Source: Azolla caroliniana (taxonomy: Eukaryota > Plantae > Polypodiophyta). From it: DNA of 64,000 bases. Shown here piece after piece: positions 29,549-44,200 of this stretch. The notes beneath the pieces were generated by a model. It was not told the origin of the DNA. It ran no database searches and was given only the letters and a program-made list of their open reading frames with translations. Each line of letters begins with the position of its first letter. The first letter of the stretch is position 1. Location: assembly GCA_043228905.1 (NCBI GenBank), contig JBHGNT010000017.1, forward strand, positions 992,001 to 1,056,000, written 5' to 3'. The position numbers and the translations under genes are program-made.

Positions 29549-32500
29549 ATGGCATCAACATCCGGCTCGTCAGAAATGAGTCTACGAAAGTTCGATGGAT
29601 CGAACTTCAACTTCTGGAAGGAGCAAATGCAGGACTATCTCATAGTCAAGGGGCAAATCGATCCCATCGAAAATGAAGAACCTCCAGAAGGATACAAACC
29701 AATTGAGTGGCAGAAGCTGGACAGAATCGTCCGCGCCACGATTCGGATGCACCTATCGGAATCGGTATACTTTACGGTGCAATCGTGTACGACAGCATTC
29801 GAACTGTGGAAAACACTGTCGGACACCTACGAAAAGAAGGTCGCTGCAACGAAGATGTTTCTGATCCGGCGCCTCTACAACTTGCGAATGAAAGAATCAG
29901 ATTCGGTTCAAGCACATCTCAATGAGTACGAAAGCATAAGCTCCCAAATCTCATCTCAGGGGACGGCAATCGAGGATGAACTCAGAGCAATGATACTCAT
30001 GAGCAGCCTTCCCTCATCATGGGAAACTTTCGTCACAACCGTGTGCAACGCGTCAACCACGGCTGTTAAATACTCCGAAGTCGCGAGCGCAATCCTAACC
30101 GAAGCAGCTCGGAGAAAGTCTTTCGCCAAAGACTCAACAGACGACGCTTATGTAGTACAAGGTTCGACAAACCGATCGAACATACGAGGAAGAGATTCCT
30201 CACGGCAGCCGAACAATCAGCGAAGACGGAGCCAGTCACGGGATAATCGAATCTGCAACTATTGCAAGAAACCCGGACACATCAAAGCCGACTGCCGCGC
30301 ACTCAAGAACAAGAACGACAAGTCTCAGAAATCAGACAAGAAGAGTGGCCGGCATGAGGAGATCAATTACGTCAGCTTCTCAGCTGATGTGCTACCAAAC
30401 GACCCGAATATACTATCAATCGAAAATCCAGTCGGATCAGAAGTTCTGCTCACGACTGAAGAATCGAGCACATGGCTCTTAGATTCACGTGACTCCTCAT
30501 TTCACGTGACTCCTCATCGATCCCAATTTCGGCAATATACGATCCGTCACTCCAACTCAGTTCGAGTCGGCAACTCGCAACACTGTGACATCATTGGAAT
30601 CGGCACAGTAGAGCTGAACCTTGCAGGTGGCTCTACACTTGTACTTCACAATGTCCGACATGTACCCGAGCTCTCAAGGCCATTGATCTCAGTCGGACAA
30701 CTAGATGAAGACGGCATTCGTGCCGGTTTTTCTTCGGGAGGGTGGACACTCCACAGGGGGAACCTCCTGCTTGCTAGAGGACCCAAGATACACTCACTGT
30801 ATCCGTTACATGTTACGCTCAGAGAGGGTAACCTGTTTTTGGTGGATATTCCTGTGTCATCACTATGGCACAGAAGATTAGGACACCTCAGCAAGGCCGG
30901 CATTACGCATCTATCTAGAGCCGGATACATCCCTAAACTCTCCTTCTCCGACCATCAATTCTGCGAGCATTGCCAGTATGGCAAACAAGCAGCCGCATCA
31001 CACCCGACATCAGCACCAAGAGAAACGAGACCTCTCGATTTAGTCCACTCGGACGTCTGTGGCCCAATGCCGCATCAGTCTCTCGGCGGTGCCTCTTACT
31101 TCGTCAGTTTTATTGACGATTCGACTCGAAAGGTGTGGGCTTATCCAATTCGCACCAAAGATCGTGTCTTCTCGATCTTCTCCGATTGGCTCGCTATGGT
31201 AGAAAATCAAACCGACCGAAAACTGAAATGCTTTCGGACCGACAATGGGGGAGAGTTCAAATCAGAAGAATTCGTCAAATTCTGCTGACAACGCGGCATC
31301 CGACGTGAATTTACGGCACCACACAATCCGGAGCAAAACAGGATTGCCGAACGCATGAATCGGACAATCCAAGAACGGATAGTTTCCATGCTCCAACACT
31401 CCGGACTGTCGGATGGCTTCTGGGCAGAGGCTCTACTCACGGCAGTACACATAATCAATATGTCGCCAAGCAGACCTCTAGGACTTCAAATTCCTCAGGA
31501 ACTATGGATCGGCAGTAAGCCGAATTATGACAAGCTGAGGATCTTCGGATGCGAGGCATACGCCCTTATTCCGAAAGATGATCGCCGAAAACTTGCACCT
31601 CGGTCCAGGAAATGCATTTTCCTTGGATATGGATCAGACGGCGAAATGGGATACCGACTCTGGGACCCCGAACGCAGACAAATCGTTCGAAGTTCGGACG
31701 TTGTGTTCAACGAGTCGGCTATGAATCCATCAGTCGAAAAACCGATCGAAGTCCGAAGGGTAACATTTTCCGATGTGCCGACCCTTCAAGAAGGCCCCGC
31801 TCTTAACACACGGTCAGCTTCACGGGTAGCTGAACCTTACACTACCGACTCGGACAACTCCGACTCGGCACAGCAGAATAATTCGCTTTCGGACCATCCG
31901 ACCTCGATACCCGATGCGACCAGTCCAATCATACCTCGACGATCCGAGAGACTGTCGCAACCTCCGGAGAGGTATTCTCCTGGAATTTTCTTCACCGACG
32001 CCGGCGAACCGACGTCTTACGAAGAAGCATCGACATCTGTCGATTCAGCCACCTGGCATCTGGCGATGGAGTCGGAAATGCACTCCATTCGGGCAAACAA
32101 GACTTGGGATCTGGTCGAATTACCTAGGAACCGACGTGCTCTTCCTTGCAAGTGGGTTTATCGACTAAAAGAGATGTCTGATTCGACCCCCCCAAAGTAC
32201 AAGGCCAGATTAGTTGCGAAGGGCTTCCGACAAGAATATGGCGTCGACTTCGACGAGATTTTTTCACCAGTGGTGAAAATGACAACCCTTCGTTTTCTAC
32301 TCGGCGTAGTGGCAGCCGACAACTTGGAGCTGATTCAGCTAGATGTCAAAACAACCTTCCTCCATGGTGATCTTGAAGAGGAAATTTATATGGAGCAGCC
32401 AAAAGGCTTCGTGGCAACTGGCCAAGAACATCTAGTCTGCCGACTCAGGAAGAGTCTATACGGCCTCAAACAGGCACCGCGACAATGGTACAAGAAGTTC

Positions 32501-33583
32501 GACGACTTCATCCAATCGATCGGCTTCTCAAAAAGCGATGAGGACCATTGTCTTTTTACCAACACAGCTCAAGATGGCTCACCCATCTTCCTCATCATTT
32601 ACGTGGACGACATGCTAATTTCTGGACGCCACGCGGGCGAACTTGCCGATCTCATTCGGCAACTGCGGTTGAAGTTTGCCATGAAGGACCTCGGTCCGGC
32701 ACGACACATACTCGGCATGAAGATTAGTCGGCATCGCGATAAACGACATCTTTTCTTGTCTCAGACCGACTATATCGGACGTGTCTTGGAACGCTTCAAC
32801 ATGCAATCAGCCAAATCTGCTTCAACCCCGCTCCCCATGAATCTTCGGCTCTCTCAGCGAGACTGCCCGACATCCGGCCCGGAGGGGGAAGATATGAAGT
32901 CGGTACCGTATGCACCGGTAGTCGGCTCCCTTATGTACCTGATGGTCGCGACACGGCCTGATATTTCTCATGTCGTAGGAGTCGTCAGCAGATTTATGCA
33001 CAATCCTGGCCGATCGCATTGGAACGCAGTCAAGCATGTGTTCAAATATCTGGCTGGCACAAAAGACCACGACATTCTTTTCGGACCGAACTCAACCTCA
33101 GGCGTAGTCGGTTACACCGACTCGGACTTCGCCGGCTGTATAGACAGTCGGAAATCAACAACCGGATACTGCTTCAAATTCGGCAATGGAGCAATTTCGT
33201 GGAAGTCGAAACTTCAGGAGTGCACAGCGACCTCAACGACCGAAGCAGAATATGTAGCTGCGTCCGACGCTGCAAAAGAAGCTTTGTGGCTCGGCCGGCT
33301 GGCGCACACGTTTCGGCAAGTCGACCATGACTCGGCTCCAGTTGTCTATAGCGACAGTCAAGGTGCTGTTGCCTTGTCGAGAAATCCGGTTCACCACAAC
33401 GCCTCCAAACATATCGACGTTCGATATCACTTCGTTCGGGACTGCGTCATTTCAAGGAAAATCGGTCTAGAGAAAATATCCACAACCGACAATGTCGCAG
33501 ATGGAATGACCAAGTGTCTTTCGGCAGACCGCTTTCGGTCTCTTCGGCATCAGATGGGCGTAACGACAAACCAGTCCGGTTAG
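29549..33583 (+). pseudogene. Copia gag-pol polyprotein with one in-frame TGA (31286-31288) and an altered protease motif
   Basis: ORFs 29546-31288 and 31355-33583 share a frame; the integrase reads FC*QRGIRREFTAP across the stop. Confidence 0.93.
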
Positions 33584-33776
33584 AGCCGGACACAGCGCAG
33601 GATGGTTTCGGACAACCGACATCAGTTCCTTAATGATCGGCTTCAACTCTTCCGACCCGACTAGTCCGGTCTTCTGCCTTCGGACACTGCCGACTCGAAC
33701 AAAACTGATATGTCCGAGAACCTAGGTTTATACCTGTAATCTTAGACAACCCATGTATACGCCCATTACGGGGGAG

Positions 33777-33959
33777 TGTCGAATACAAGTGTATAATGGA
33801 CGTATTCACACTATCCTTTTGTATAGCTCAAGTTTGGGCCATTTGTGTAATTAGCATAAAGGGTAGTTGCCCTAAGTTTGTCACTATATAAAGTGACCTT
33901 GTAACCTTTTTGTAAGGTTGGTTGTATTATTGTTTCTATTGAATAGAAAGTCTTTTGTG

Positions 33960-34002
<43 letters not shown>

Positions 34003-34090
34003 ACGATCTTGGAAACTGCCATACGCAGGTACTCAGAACAGAATCGAATGCTTCTTGATCTTCCGCATCGACACGACCTTGTCTTCAACA
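33777..34090 (+). repeat. 3' LTR (314 bp, contains (CT)19), preceded by the polypurine tract gggggag
   Basis: Matches the 5' LTR except for 2 substitutions and 7 fewer CT units. Confidence 0.97.
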
Positions 34091-34166
34091 TCCCACCAAG
34101 AATTCATCGCGACTCATACTTGACTATGATGATTAATCAAGAAGAGGCAAAGTTATATGAATGCAT

Positions 34167-34952
34167 ATCATTGCATTGTGGAAGAAGTCATGAAAAGCTC
34201 AAAGCAGCCAACTAACTGGTAGACTACCTACATTACATCAACTCTCGATATAAAAGATACAACATTGCTTTTTCTACTTCTCGATATCAAGTACTCAAGA
34301 AAATATGCAGATTGACAAGGACCATACATCTTCCTTCATGCTCATGGCTCACTAGATACACATTGTGTTTCCAAAAAACGTATAGTCGTAACATTTCTCA
34401 ACTTTCAAGACTTACTTGAACAATCCATTTTCTACGTTTTGGAGAAGGTTGAGAGGTAAAAAGTGTGCTCCCTTTTTAGAGATGTATGCCCTTCTACTAC
34501 TACATCCATCCTTATAGCTAGACACGCATTTAAGTGTGTTGATAGTAGGAGACTACATGATCATTGCATTGTGGAAGAAGCCATGAAAAGCTCGAAGTAG
34601 CTAACTAACTGGTAGACTACCTACATTACATCAACTCTCGATATAAAAGATACAACATTGCTTTTTCTACTTCTCGATATCAAGTACTCAAGAAAACATG
34701 CAGATTGACAAGGACCATACATCTTCCTTCATGCTCATGGCTCACTAGATACACATTGTGTTTCCAAAAAACATATAGTCGTAACATTTCTCAACTTCCA
34801 AGACTTACTTGAACAATCCATTTTCTACGTTTTGGAGAAGGTTGAGAGGTAAAAAGTGTGCTCCCTTTTTAGAGATGTATGTGCTCTACTACTACATCCA
34901 TCCTTATAGCTAGACACACATTTAAGTGTATTGATAGTAGGAGACCACATGA
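34167..34952. repeat. Tandem duplication, 2 x 393 bp
   Basis: atcattgcattgtggaagaag at 34167 and 34560; copies are near-identical with scattered substitutions. Confidence 0.95.
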
Positions 34953-35230
34953 TCTCCTGAGTCTCAGCTCGTCCATCTTTTATGCCGCGAAAACATTATA
35001 GTTAAAATTTACGACATGACACAACATATAACACAACGCAAAAGACTAGAAATGCTAGGGGAAATAAACACTCTCTAGTTATCATCCACATTATTACTAG
35101 ATCTCATCATATACAAAGAGAAAGAAAGAAAGAAAGAAAGAAGAAGAAGAAGAAGAAGAAGAAGAAGAAGAAGAAAACGAAGACGAAGAAGAACAAGAGA
35201 ATGTGAACCAAAAACACAAAAAAAGAGAAT

Positions 35231-38200
35231 ATGTCGCGACCAGCCAACCCTGCGAAACCGATTGTTGATGCCCTCCTTCAGAGATTTCTCCCTCTTGCAG
35301 GTCGCAGAATCGATACTGCTCAAGCTCAGGTCTTTTTCGGATTTGTTGTTGTTTTATTCTGTTTCTGCTCTGTCTTAATAGATCAGCCTAAAGAAGACCT
35401 TTACTGTCAAGGTTATGGAAATGATATGCAGCTTGTGTTTGAAGACGTCGATTTGGAACTTTGCTTTGTTTTATATGTGCATGCTACTTTATCTACCATG
35501 GAAATAAGCCAATTAGAGTTCGCAATTATCAAACAAGACATTCCCTCTTGTTACTATTAAATGTAGATATAACTTCGTGGTAAAATTTCCAGGAGAGGTT
35601 TTGGATAATCCAAGTCAAGTTGGGGAAAAAAATCCATGTGGGATTTTTTATTTTCGTAGTCAGGTTGAGACTAAATCCCCAGAGGGGTTATTGAGGTTCC
35701 AAATTGTGTTGAGAATCATTCACAAGAGAGATTTTGGGTTTCTAAGTCAGGTTGGGAAAATTTCCTATAGTGGCTTTTGATATTCCAAGTCGGATTAGGA
35801 AAAAGTACTGAGAAGTGTTTTTGAAATCTCAAGTCAGGTTGGGAATAATTCCCAAGAAGGGATTTTCAAATACAGCTACAGCTAAGGTAACTGATTATCA
35901 AACAAGACATTATTTTTTGTTGTTAAGGATGCCTTTTCACTATTATATTTATAATTACCAAAAATGGTTTTATTTTGCTTGACAAAGAGCTAGATGCCTA
36001 AGCTAATTGCATAATAATTATATAACAAGTCATTGTTTTCTGGTTAAAGATGCTTCTTACTAGTAACTCTAGAAATTAGTTTGTCTAACCTAGCCAGTCT
36101 ACAATTGTCAAACAAGATGTTACATGTGGTTAAATATCCTTCTTACTATTGAATGTAGATATTACTTTGTATGCAATAGAGGCATATACCTAAGCTAATT
36201 ACTTTATGATTACCAGTTAAAGATGTGGCCCGAGCCTCCTTTTACAATGAAATTACAATACAATAATCAAGCAAGACACTCCTTGCCGATTGGCCATGCA
36301 AGGCTTGCTCTCATTGGTCATATCCACATTTATTGCCTGAACACTGGCAAAATCATCCCAATTATGTTCCTAACAGAGATTCCTCGCTCTACATCATGGA
36401 TGTAACAACCCCTCAAGAACTATTGTCTCTCTCTCTCTCTCTCTAATTGCATACTCTCTGTGGATTGGGAGACATAGTTTGATTGGTCAGCCATGTGTCA
36501 CAATCTTTTTCTCTTCACATACTCTATCTAATTGGGAAGCATATTTTGATCAGGCTGCATGTGTCACAATATTTTTCTTTGCATACCCTATGTGAATATG
36601 GGAAACACATTTTGATTGAACAGCAATATATGCTAATCACCCACTTATAAGACATGTGTTCTGACGTCTGTGCTGAACTAAGTCCTACCTTACTTAGTTG
36701 CTGTTGAACATGCCTTTCATCTCTTGATATCTGCCACCAAGTTCTCTATTTCTCTCATCTCTTGGAAATTCTGCACATAGTATTACCAATGATATTGTTC
36801 TTCAGCATATGTTTAAGTATCATCTTATAGTGTATCTTGAAGAACCACTGCATGCTCATACATGGCAATGAAGCTTAGTCTACAGCAGTTGTGTTTGTCC
36901 CTTTGGGGCATGAGCTTAGTCACATTTTGATGAGTTGGTTGGATGAATATGGTCATCTTTATATCAGGGTTACAGAGGAGAGATGACTGGATTTCCTCAC
37001 ATCTTTGGGGCACTGTTATGGGTCGTTGTTTCTAGAAGCTAGGAAACACTATTCGCATTCTGGGTCTTGTTTTATATCTCCTTGCAGTTCAGCTTTCTTT
37101 TCTTTAATTTACTGCAGTGTAATGCATCACATAACTTCTTCTTCTACTTTGCCTTACTTTGCACCGATGAGGTGTTTGTTTAACTTGAAAACCTTTCCCA
37201 TTTATTGAGATCTAAAGTTATTTAGACAAAGGATATGATAATATACTTTTGTATTTACAATATTGAAGGTTTAGCCGGGGTATTTGAGGGATAGGTCTTT
37301 TGACACTAGTAGTATAAAGTATTACGAAAGCAGTGTGTTTGTATTTTGAGCTTGCATTTCCACGGTTCGTGAAGGGCCCAAATGAGTGAAATGCATGTTA
37401 CTTATATGTTTCTATTTCTTTGTTGTGGAAATGTCTGGTTACTAGGATGCTGTAAAAATATATGTCCATTTGAACCAAGACTATATGATGACTCTAATGC
37501 CCATCGAAGTTACCTGTACCCATTTCGGTTCTTATTCATCTAGTGTATGCCACTATCTCAAAGAGAAACCTGGGGGATACTGCCAAGTCGGTTGTTATAA
37601 TAATCACACGTGACATTGAGGGGTTATTGCAAATCATGTAGGCAATCATGGCAATCTTGGCTCTATCTATATCAAGACTGACAACTTGGAACTATGATTT
37701 TGTGCTTGACGTGAAGCTTCTTGAACCTTCTTGCAAAGACAAGTGGAAAAGTGTTATGCCGTCAAAGGATTGTATGGTGGATGCTAGGTTCAGGTGGTGG
37801 CAAACCATAAATTCTAACTTTGGTGGAAAGTAATGAGTGTCATTTACATCAGTGTGGCAGTAGTTCTAGGTTCTATCTCAGATACGGGAAATCTAATCTC
37901 ACTTATAATTAAGGACACTCAATTCTACCTTATATTTTTTCAACGTTCTTAAATTATTTGATTGGCATAACAATACACATTCTTTGAAGCTGGTATAATA
38001 TCAGCCAGCATACTAGCACATTGTTTATCCAATGGGACGTTTTCTTCTTTTCTTGATCGAAAAGAGTGACACTCTCAATGATTGTTTATATGCACAACAT
38101 CAGATGGAATAAAACTCAAGCATTTTAATTCCTCTTAGCTAAATTGCTCAAGATGTATTATTGGTCAATTCTTGGAATTTTTTTATGAAATGGAATAATG

Positions 38201-41200
38201 TCCACATCTTCACATACATACCCTTGCTCCAAAGACATGTTTTACATAGCTAATGTGAGCTGTCCATCCCGAAAGACATTTATATATTTTTTCTTGTTGC
38301 AGGATGGACAGTATTTGCGAGCATCAGAACCAGCTTACGAGCAAGTGCTCGAGTCTCTTGCAATGGCTGCTCATTATACTCCTGGACCTCTACTTGAGGC
38401 GCTTTCTAAATGGAGGGAAAGGTATAACTTGATCATTGCTTGGCCTTTCACTGACTTTTTATTTCTTATGTTACAGTGTAGCATTTAATGAAGCAAGGTG
38501 AACTTTGGAATTTGAAGGCCTCAAGCCATTTTGTTCTTGCTCTTCCATCATGGTTGTGTATCATTTATTGAGAAAGATATAAAGTCACATTATTGTGCGA
38601 AATATGGTCTGTGAGAGAGAAAATTTATATTTGATCTTAATATGGCACTCATTATTATTTTCCTTGTATAGTTTTCTAAGTAGAGGGTTGATCATAAACT
38701 ATATTTCTTTAGTGCCTAAAAGACTGTACCCATGGCTTTCATTTTTGTACACATGTCTCATTTGTTTATCTTTCTTATAGTCATTACTTTTTCTTCCCTT
38801 TACTTTCATTTTTTTAATCTAGGTGAAGATAGTTTGTTTACTGTTTTACTTATTTCTCATGTAGTGATACCCCCAAAGGAGCAAATGATGCATCAACTGT
38901 ACAAAGAAAAGTTGGTGAATTCTTCTTGATTGTTATCATTGATATAGCTATTTAAATTTATAATTATTGAATGATATTATTGTTTGACGTGCTTCAGCTG
39001 GCTGTTGAATGTATATTCTGCTCAGCTTGTATACGCTTTGTGGAATATTGTCCTCCAGATGGACTTACAGGTAGGATATAAACAATGTTCAAAAGTATTT
39101 ATTTAATCATAAAATTTATTTTAAGTATTTATGCCACATATGACGTGACTTCAAGGACTGTTTACTGCAGAATATTCATGGAAAAGTTTGGAAAACTTTG
39201 TTTTTGATTGGCTCATCACTGCTGAAAAGTATGTATTCCTTATCTAACTTGAAATAATAATAAAACTTGAAGGCTTGGATATTTTCCAACTCTTATCTCC
39301 ATTTTGTGGTGAAGTGTTATATATGTGCATGTCCATGTACATCTGTGCAATGAGCATACATTGACATTGATGGGTGGTATGCCTACACATCATTCAAGTA
39401 TACTATGCGTCAATGATTTGTGGCTGCAAATATTGACAGGGTTGTCAGTCAGACAGAGTATCCTTCTTTAGTAGACTTGAGAGGTCTTTTGCTGGACCAT
39501 GTTGCACGGCTTCTAGGGGCATTATCAAGGATCAGGTTTCATATTTGGAATTTTTTTTTAGCTTTTAGCCTATGATTTCTGTTTGGACTGTTCAACATTC
39601 TAACTTGAGGCTATATGGCAGGTTCAACGCAGTAACAGAACGATTTTTCACTGAACTCAATTGTCGACACAGTGACACAAACAAAGATAGAAGTGAAATA
39701 CTCAGCATAATCAGTGGGATGCGTTACCTGAAACTAGGCGTACGTGGTTTTGTCTATTTTTCTGTTTCTACTTATATCAATATATTGGCAGAGATTATAA
39801 CCATATAGTTAATTGTTTGCACAGAGGCACCTAGTGAGTGTTATGGAGGTCTATTACATTTCTGATCTACCAGGCTTTATGGTGGGGTTTTAAGCAAATT
39901 TGCTTAATAGAGTCACATATTTACGGTTGAGGGGGTTTATGATGGTTGTTGAGAGTGTGACCGTTAAGAAGGATACCACTAACGATCAAGCAAATAAAGA
40001 TATAAGTGTCATGACCTTATATGAGTTACCTCAATTCTTATTATACCCTTAAAACCATTAGAGGTTTACCCTTAAATAATAATAAATATATTAAGGTTCT
40101 GCATGTAACATTATGCTCCCTTTAAAAAATTGCACTGCTGCACTGAAAAGGTAGGAAAATGAGTTTTTGAAGTTGTTGTCTCTTTCTCCCAAGCTGCATA
40201 GATTTTTAGTTCGGAATTGAGAATGCATTTTGGCACATGAGGTTTATTAGGTAAATTCTTGAGAGCAATGCCAATTGCATAATCACTAGTGTCGGTATCA
40301 ACCTCAAAGGGTTTTGATGAGTCAGGTAGAACAAGACAAACGTTTTTCTTTTAGAATGTTGAACTTTCTATCAAGTTGTTTATTCTAAGTTATTGGTTTA
40401 ACAGACTTATGTGCTTGGCCTTTTAAAAGATCAGTAAAAATCGTAGTCAATTTAGAATTATTGCGAATAGATTTTTGCAAGAAACCAACAAATCCATAGA
40501 GGATCAATCCTTTTTGAGTGATTAAATGTCCTGAAGGAGTTCTTAAACTCACATTTAGACATCTTAGCAAAGGAACTTTATCACACAATCTTTGTAAAAC
40601 AAAGCTTTTGTCACCCAATGTGTGTAAAACAAGCAAACATGATGAACATGTTCTCCCTTTTGACAATTATAAATAAGAATTTCATCTAACGAAACAATGA
40701 TAAATTTTTCGAGTTGTTGCTAAAAAATGTCATTCATTTCTTGTTGGAAGCTAGCTGGAGTGATAGTTAATCCAGGAGGCATAACCAAAAAATCATAATC
40801 GTGATAACGAGTATGACAAGCTATTTTAGGAATATCACCATCAATAATTCTTATTGGATGATAGCCGGTTCACACATTGATTTTGATGAAATATCAAGGT
40901 CACCATCACTAATTCTTATTGGACAATAACCAGTTCTCACATTGATTTTGATAAAGTATCAAGGTTCTTGAGAGGATCTGCTAGATTGTCAGTTTGGGGC
41001 AAATGATATGAGTTTTTAGCTGATTTATTCAATAAATGACAGTTAATACACAACCACCAAGCTGCATCTGTTTTCCTGACTACCCCAGGGTCATTTACTA
41101 TGACAAATATGACGTAACCTTACGTAATCCTTTAGTTGCTTAGCAATCTCATCCTCTTTGACTTGACTACGTCGATAAAGAAGGTGGAATTCTTACTTGA

Positions 41201-44200
41201 GCAGCACCTGGGACGAGTTCAATGCTATGGTCAATATTACATATAGGTGACAAACCAGGTGGTAATTGATGACAGAAAACATTCTAAAAATCATTCAAGA
41301 TTGTGTAAAGTAATGGTTGTTTACAGAAACGTAATGGTTGCTCCCCTTTCTAACTCACACTCGGGATATGGACTGGGAACGATGCACATCCCAAACCTTC
41401 TAGATAGCCACAATGGATGGAACTCAATCTTGATAGCTTCAAATTTCCAATGGCCCTTGTGTGGCTGTCGTGACAAGTGCTTGTGGAGCTAAAGGCAGTT
41501 ACCTGTACATGTTCTGATGCTTCTATGAAGACATGCAAGGGTTGGATCCCCAATTTTGTCAACATCAAATCCACTTGAAGATTGATTTTACTCCAGTCTA
41601 ACAACAGCGCTATGGAATGGGCCCGAGCTATGTTAGGAAGAAATTGATAAATTACCTGGGTTTGTTTCATTTGGTGTGTGAAGATAGCCATGTTGCTGTA
41701 CTTGAATGTTATCATCTTGAAGGATGGCAAATCCGTGTTTTCGTCGACTACCAAAAGCTTAACAGAGCAACTATTTGTGACTCATGTCTGTTGCCCTTCA
41801 TTGATAGTTTCCTTGACATAGTTGCCGGCCTTGAGGTATGTAGATTTATTGACAGCTGTTGGGGCTACAACCAGATCCAGATGATGTTTGAAGATAGAAA
41901 AAATTGCCTTTTGTGCCTGCAGTCATGATGTTCGATCTCAAGATGGCACCGATTACCATCTAGTGTATAATCGTTGAGATCTTCAAGCCATACATTCCAT
42001 CCTTTATGTAGTTCTTTATCAATGACTTCGTGGTGTTTGGCAACCATTTAGGGCACCTGGCCATGTGTCTCGAGAAGTGCCGCACTAGCCACTAAGCCAT
42101 AACCTACTCAAATGTGCCTTTGGACTATCCAGCGACATGTATTATTTACTTATTATTTACATTTTTTATCACTATTCAATATTTTTTGTTCTCTATTTAT
42201 GATGTTTCACTATGTATCTTCTATCATCAAGTGCTTATCAATAATTTTCTGCCTATTAATAGCATCCTGTTATTCTACAAAAAGGTTTGCAGTTGCACTC
42301 ACAGCAATCCTAAAGCCCATATTATGTATCAAAATAGGCTGTATTCAGGGGGCTGCCCATACAGAGCGTAATATTTGTAATAATGTAAAACGTGATATTA
42401 TTTGCATCCATATTGTAAATAAAAACGAATATCCTCATTTTATGTTTAAATATTGTCATTACAACCAAAATCTGGTATAGCCAACCTACAGTGACTGCAC
42501 ATGTTATGCTTGGATCTTAAGATGCATGTATAATTGCTTATCTGTGAATTGCAACTAATGACTTGTTCTACATAAATTACACATTGACAATCATTATTGA
42601 TACTTCATATGAAAACACTACACCTGCATTTTTTTTGGCGCATTTCACATGCTCTAATTGGCAAAACTCATAGAATCTTCTAATTGATGACAGGTTAATA
42701 CAGTTAATGGATTAAAAGCATCTACGGCCTTCATTGCAAATGCAAATCCTCTCACTCGTACTCCGCAAAGGAAGAAGTCTGAGTTTCATCATGCTCTCTG
42801 CAACATGCTTTTCAGCATACTTGCACCTGTGGCTGATGCAGAAAAAGGGCAATGGCCACCATCTGGTGTGGATGCAATGTTAAGTATGTGGTATGAAGCT
42901 GCATTCCATTTGCATGCACAACTAATGCACTGGATGGAAAAGCAAAGCAAACACATAATTGTAAGTATGAAGTTCTCATAAGTATGTAGCATAAGTTCTG
43001 TTAGGCTTAGTATTGGATGAATACACTGTACAACAATAGCATTGTTTCTGAAGGAAACTTCAGCTTGTGCTGTAGGTGGGTTACCCATTGGTCACGCTGC
43101 TTCTCTGTTTGGGGGATCCTCAAAACTTCAACAATAACTTTGGAACTCACATGGAGCATTTATACAAACTGTTGAGAGTAAGAGTAAAATGCTATACATA
43201 TATTTCCTCAACTAACTATAAGAGAACATACTAGATTATACACAATTAATTTGATTTCTGAAATTACAACAAACAAGAAAACTTACATTAAATTCATTGA
43301 GCTACCGATAGGGGCTAACTGAACCATATATGATATATCTGCAACAATTGATCACTTGTGATATCTCTATTGTTCAAGGAAATAGTTTCATCTCCCATGT
43401 TTTCATCTTAAGGCAGGCAGATATACATTTTCTTTTCCAGTATGGTATATAGTGTGAATTGTGCATATTTGCAATGATATATGTTTGGTCATATTGATCA
43501 CTTTCATGGGAATGGAAGTGATGATTGATCACTTGCATATCAAATGTTGACTGAAAAGAAAATATTTTCATTTCCCACTCTTATGGGAAGGCATGGAAAT
43601 ATCCATATTATCCATTTTGTTTTCCAATGCGATGCATATGCAAGTATATAGTTTTGCAATTAAACAAACCTGGGATTTAATTAATATAGTCAGTTTAAAT
43701 TGGACATACATTTGCACTGACTGTCTTACATGTCATATACAGGAGAAAAACCTAAGAGCAATGGCACTTGATTGTTTGCACCGCGTTGTACGATTTTACC
43801 TCAATGTATATGCAGACACACAACCAAAAAACCGTGTTTGGGATTACCTTCATAGTGTTACCTCTCAATTGCTAGTTCTATTGAAAAAAGGATCCTTGAC
43901 TCAAGATTCTCAGCATGATAAAGTTGTTGAATTCTGTCTGACAATAGCTGAGAGCAATCTTGACTTTGCCATGAATCACATGATTTTGGAATTATTGCGG
44001 AATGACAATCCCAGTGAAGCTAAGGTTATAGGACTTAGGGCATTGCTAGCTGTGGTTTCACCACCCTCTCATCACCGCAGTGGATCAGATGCTTTCAAAT
44101 CTGATGATATTCACTATATTACAACTTCATCTCTACAAGGTTCACCCTTATCTCCATGGTCTTCTTCAGGATATCTAGCTTCTTCAGTACGTTTGCCCTT

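Larger units (their letters stand above)
28524..34090 (+). mobile_element. Full-length Ty1/copia LTR retrotransposon, young but defective
   Basis: Paired TG...CA LTRs, PBS and PPT. Domain order is gag (CNYCKKPGHIKADC knuckle), protease, integrase (HRRLGH...CEHC, D-D-E), RT (YVDD), RNase H. Confidence 0.98.
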
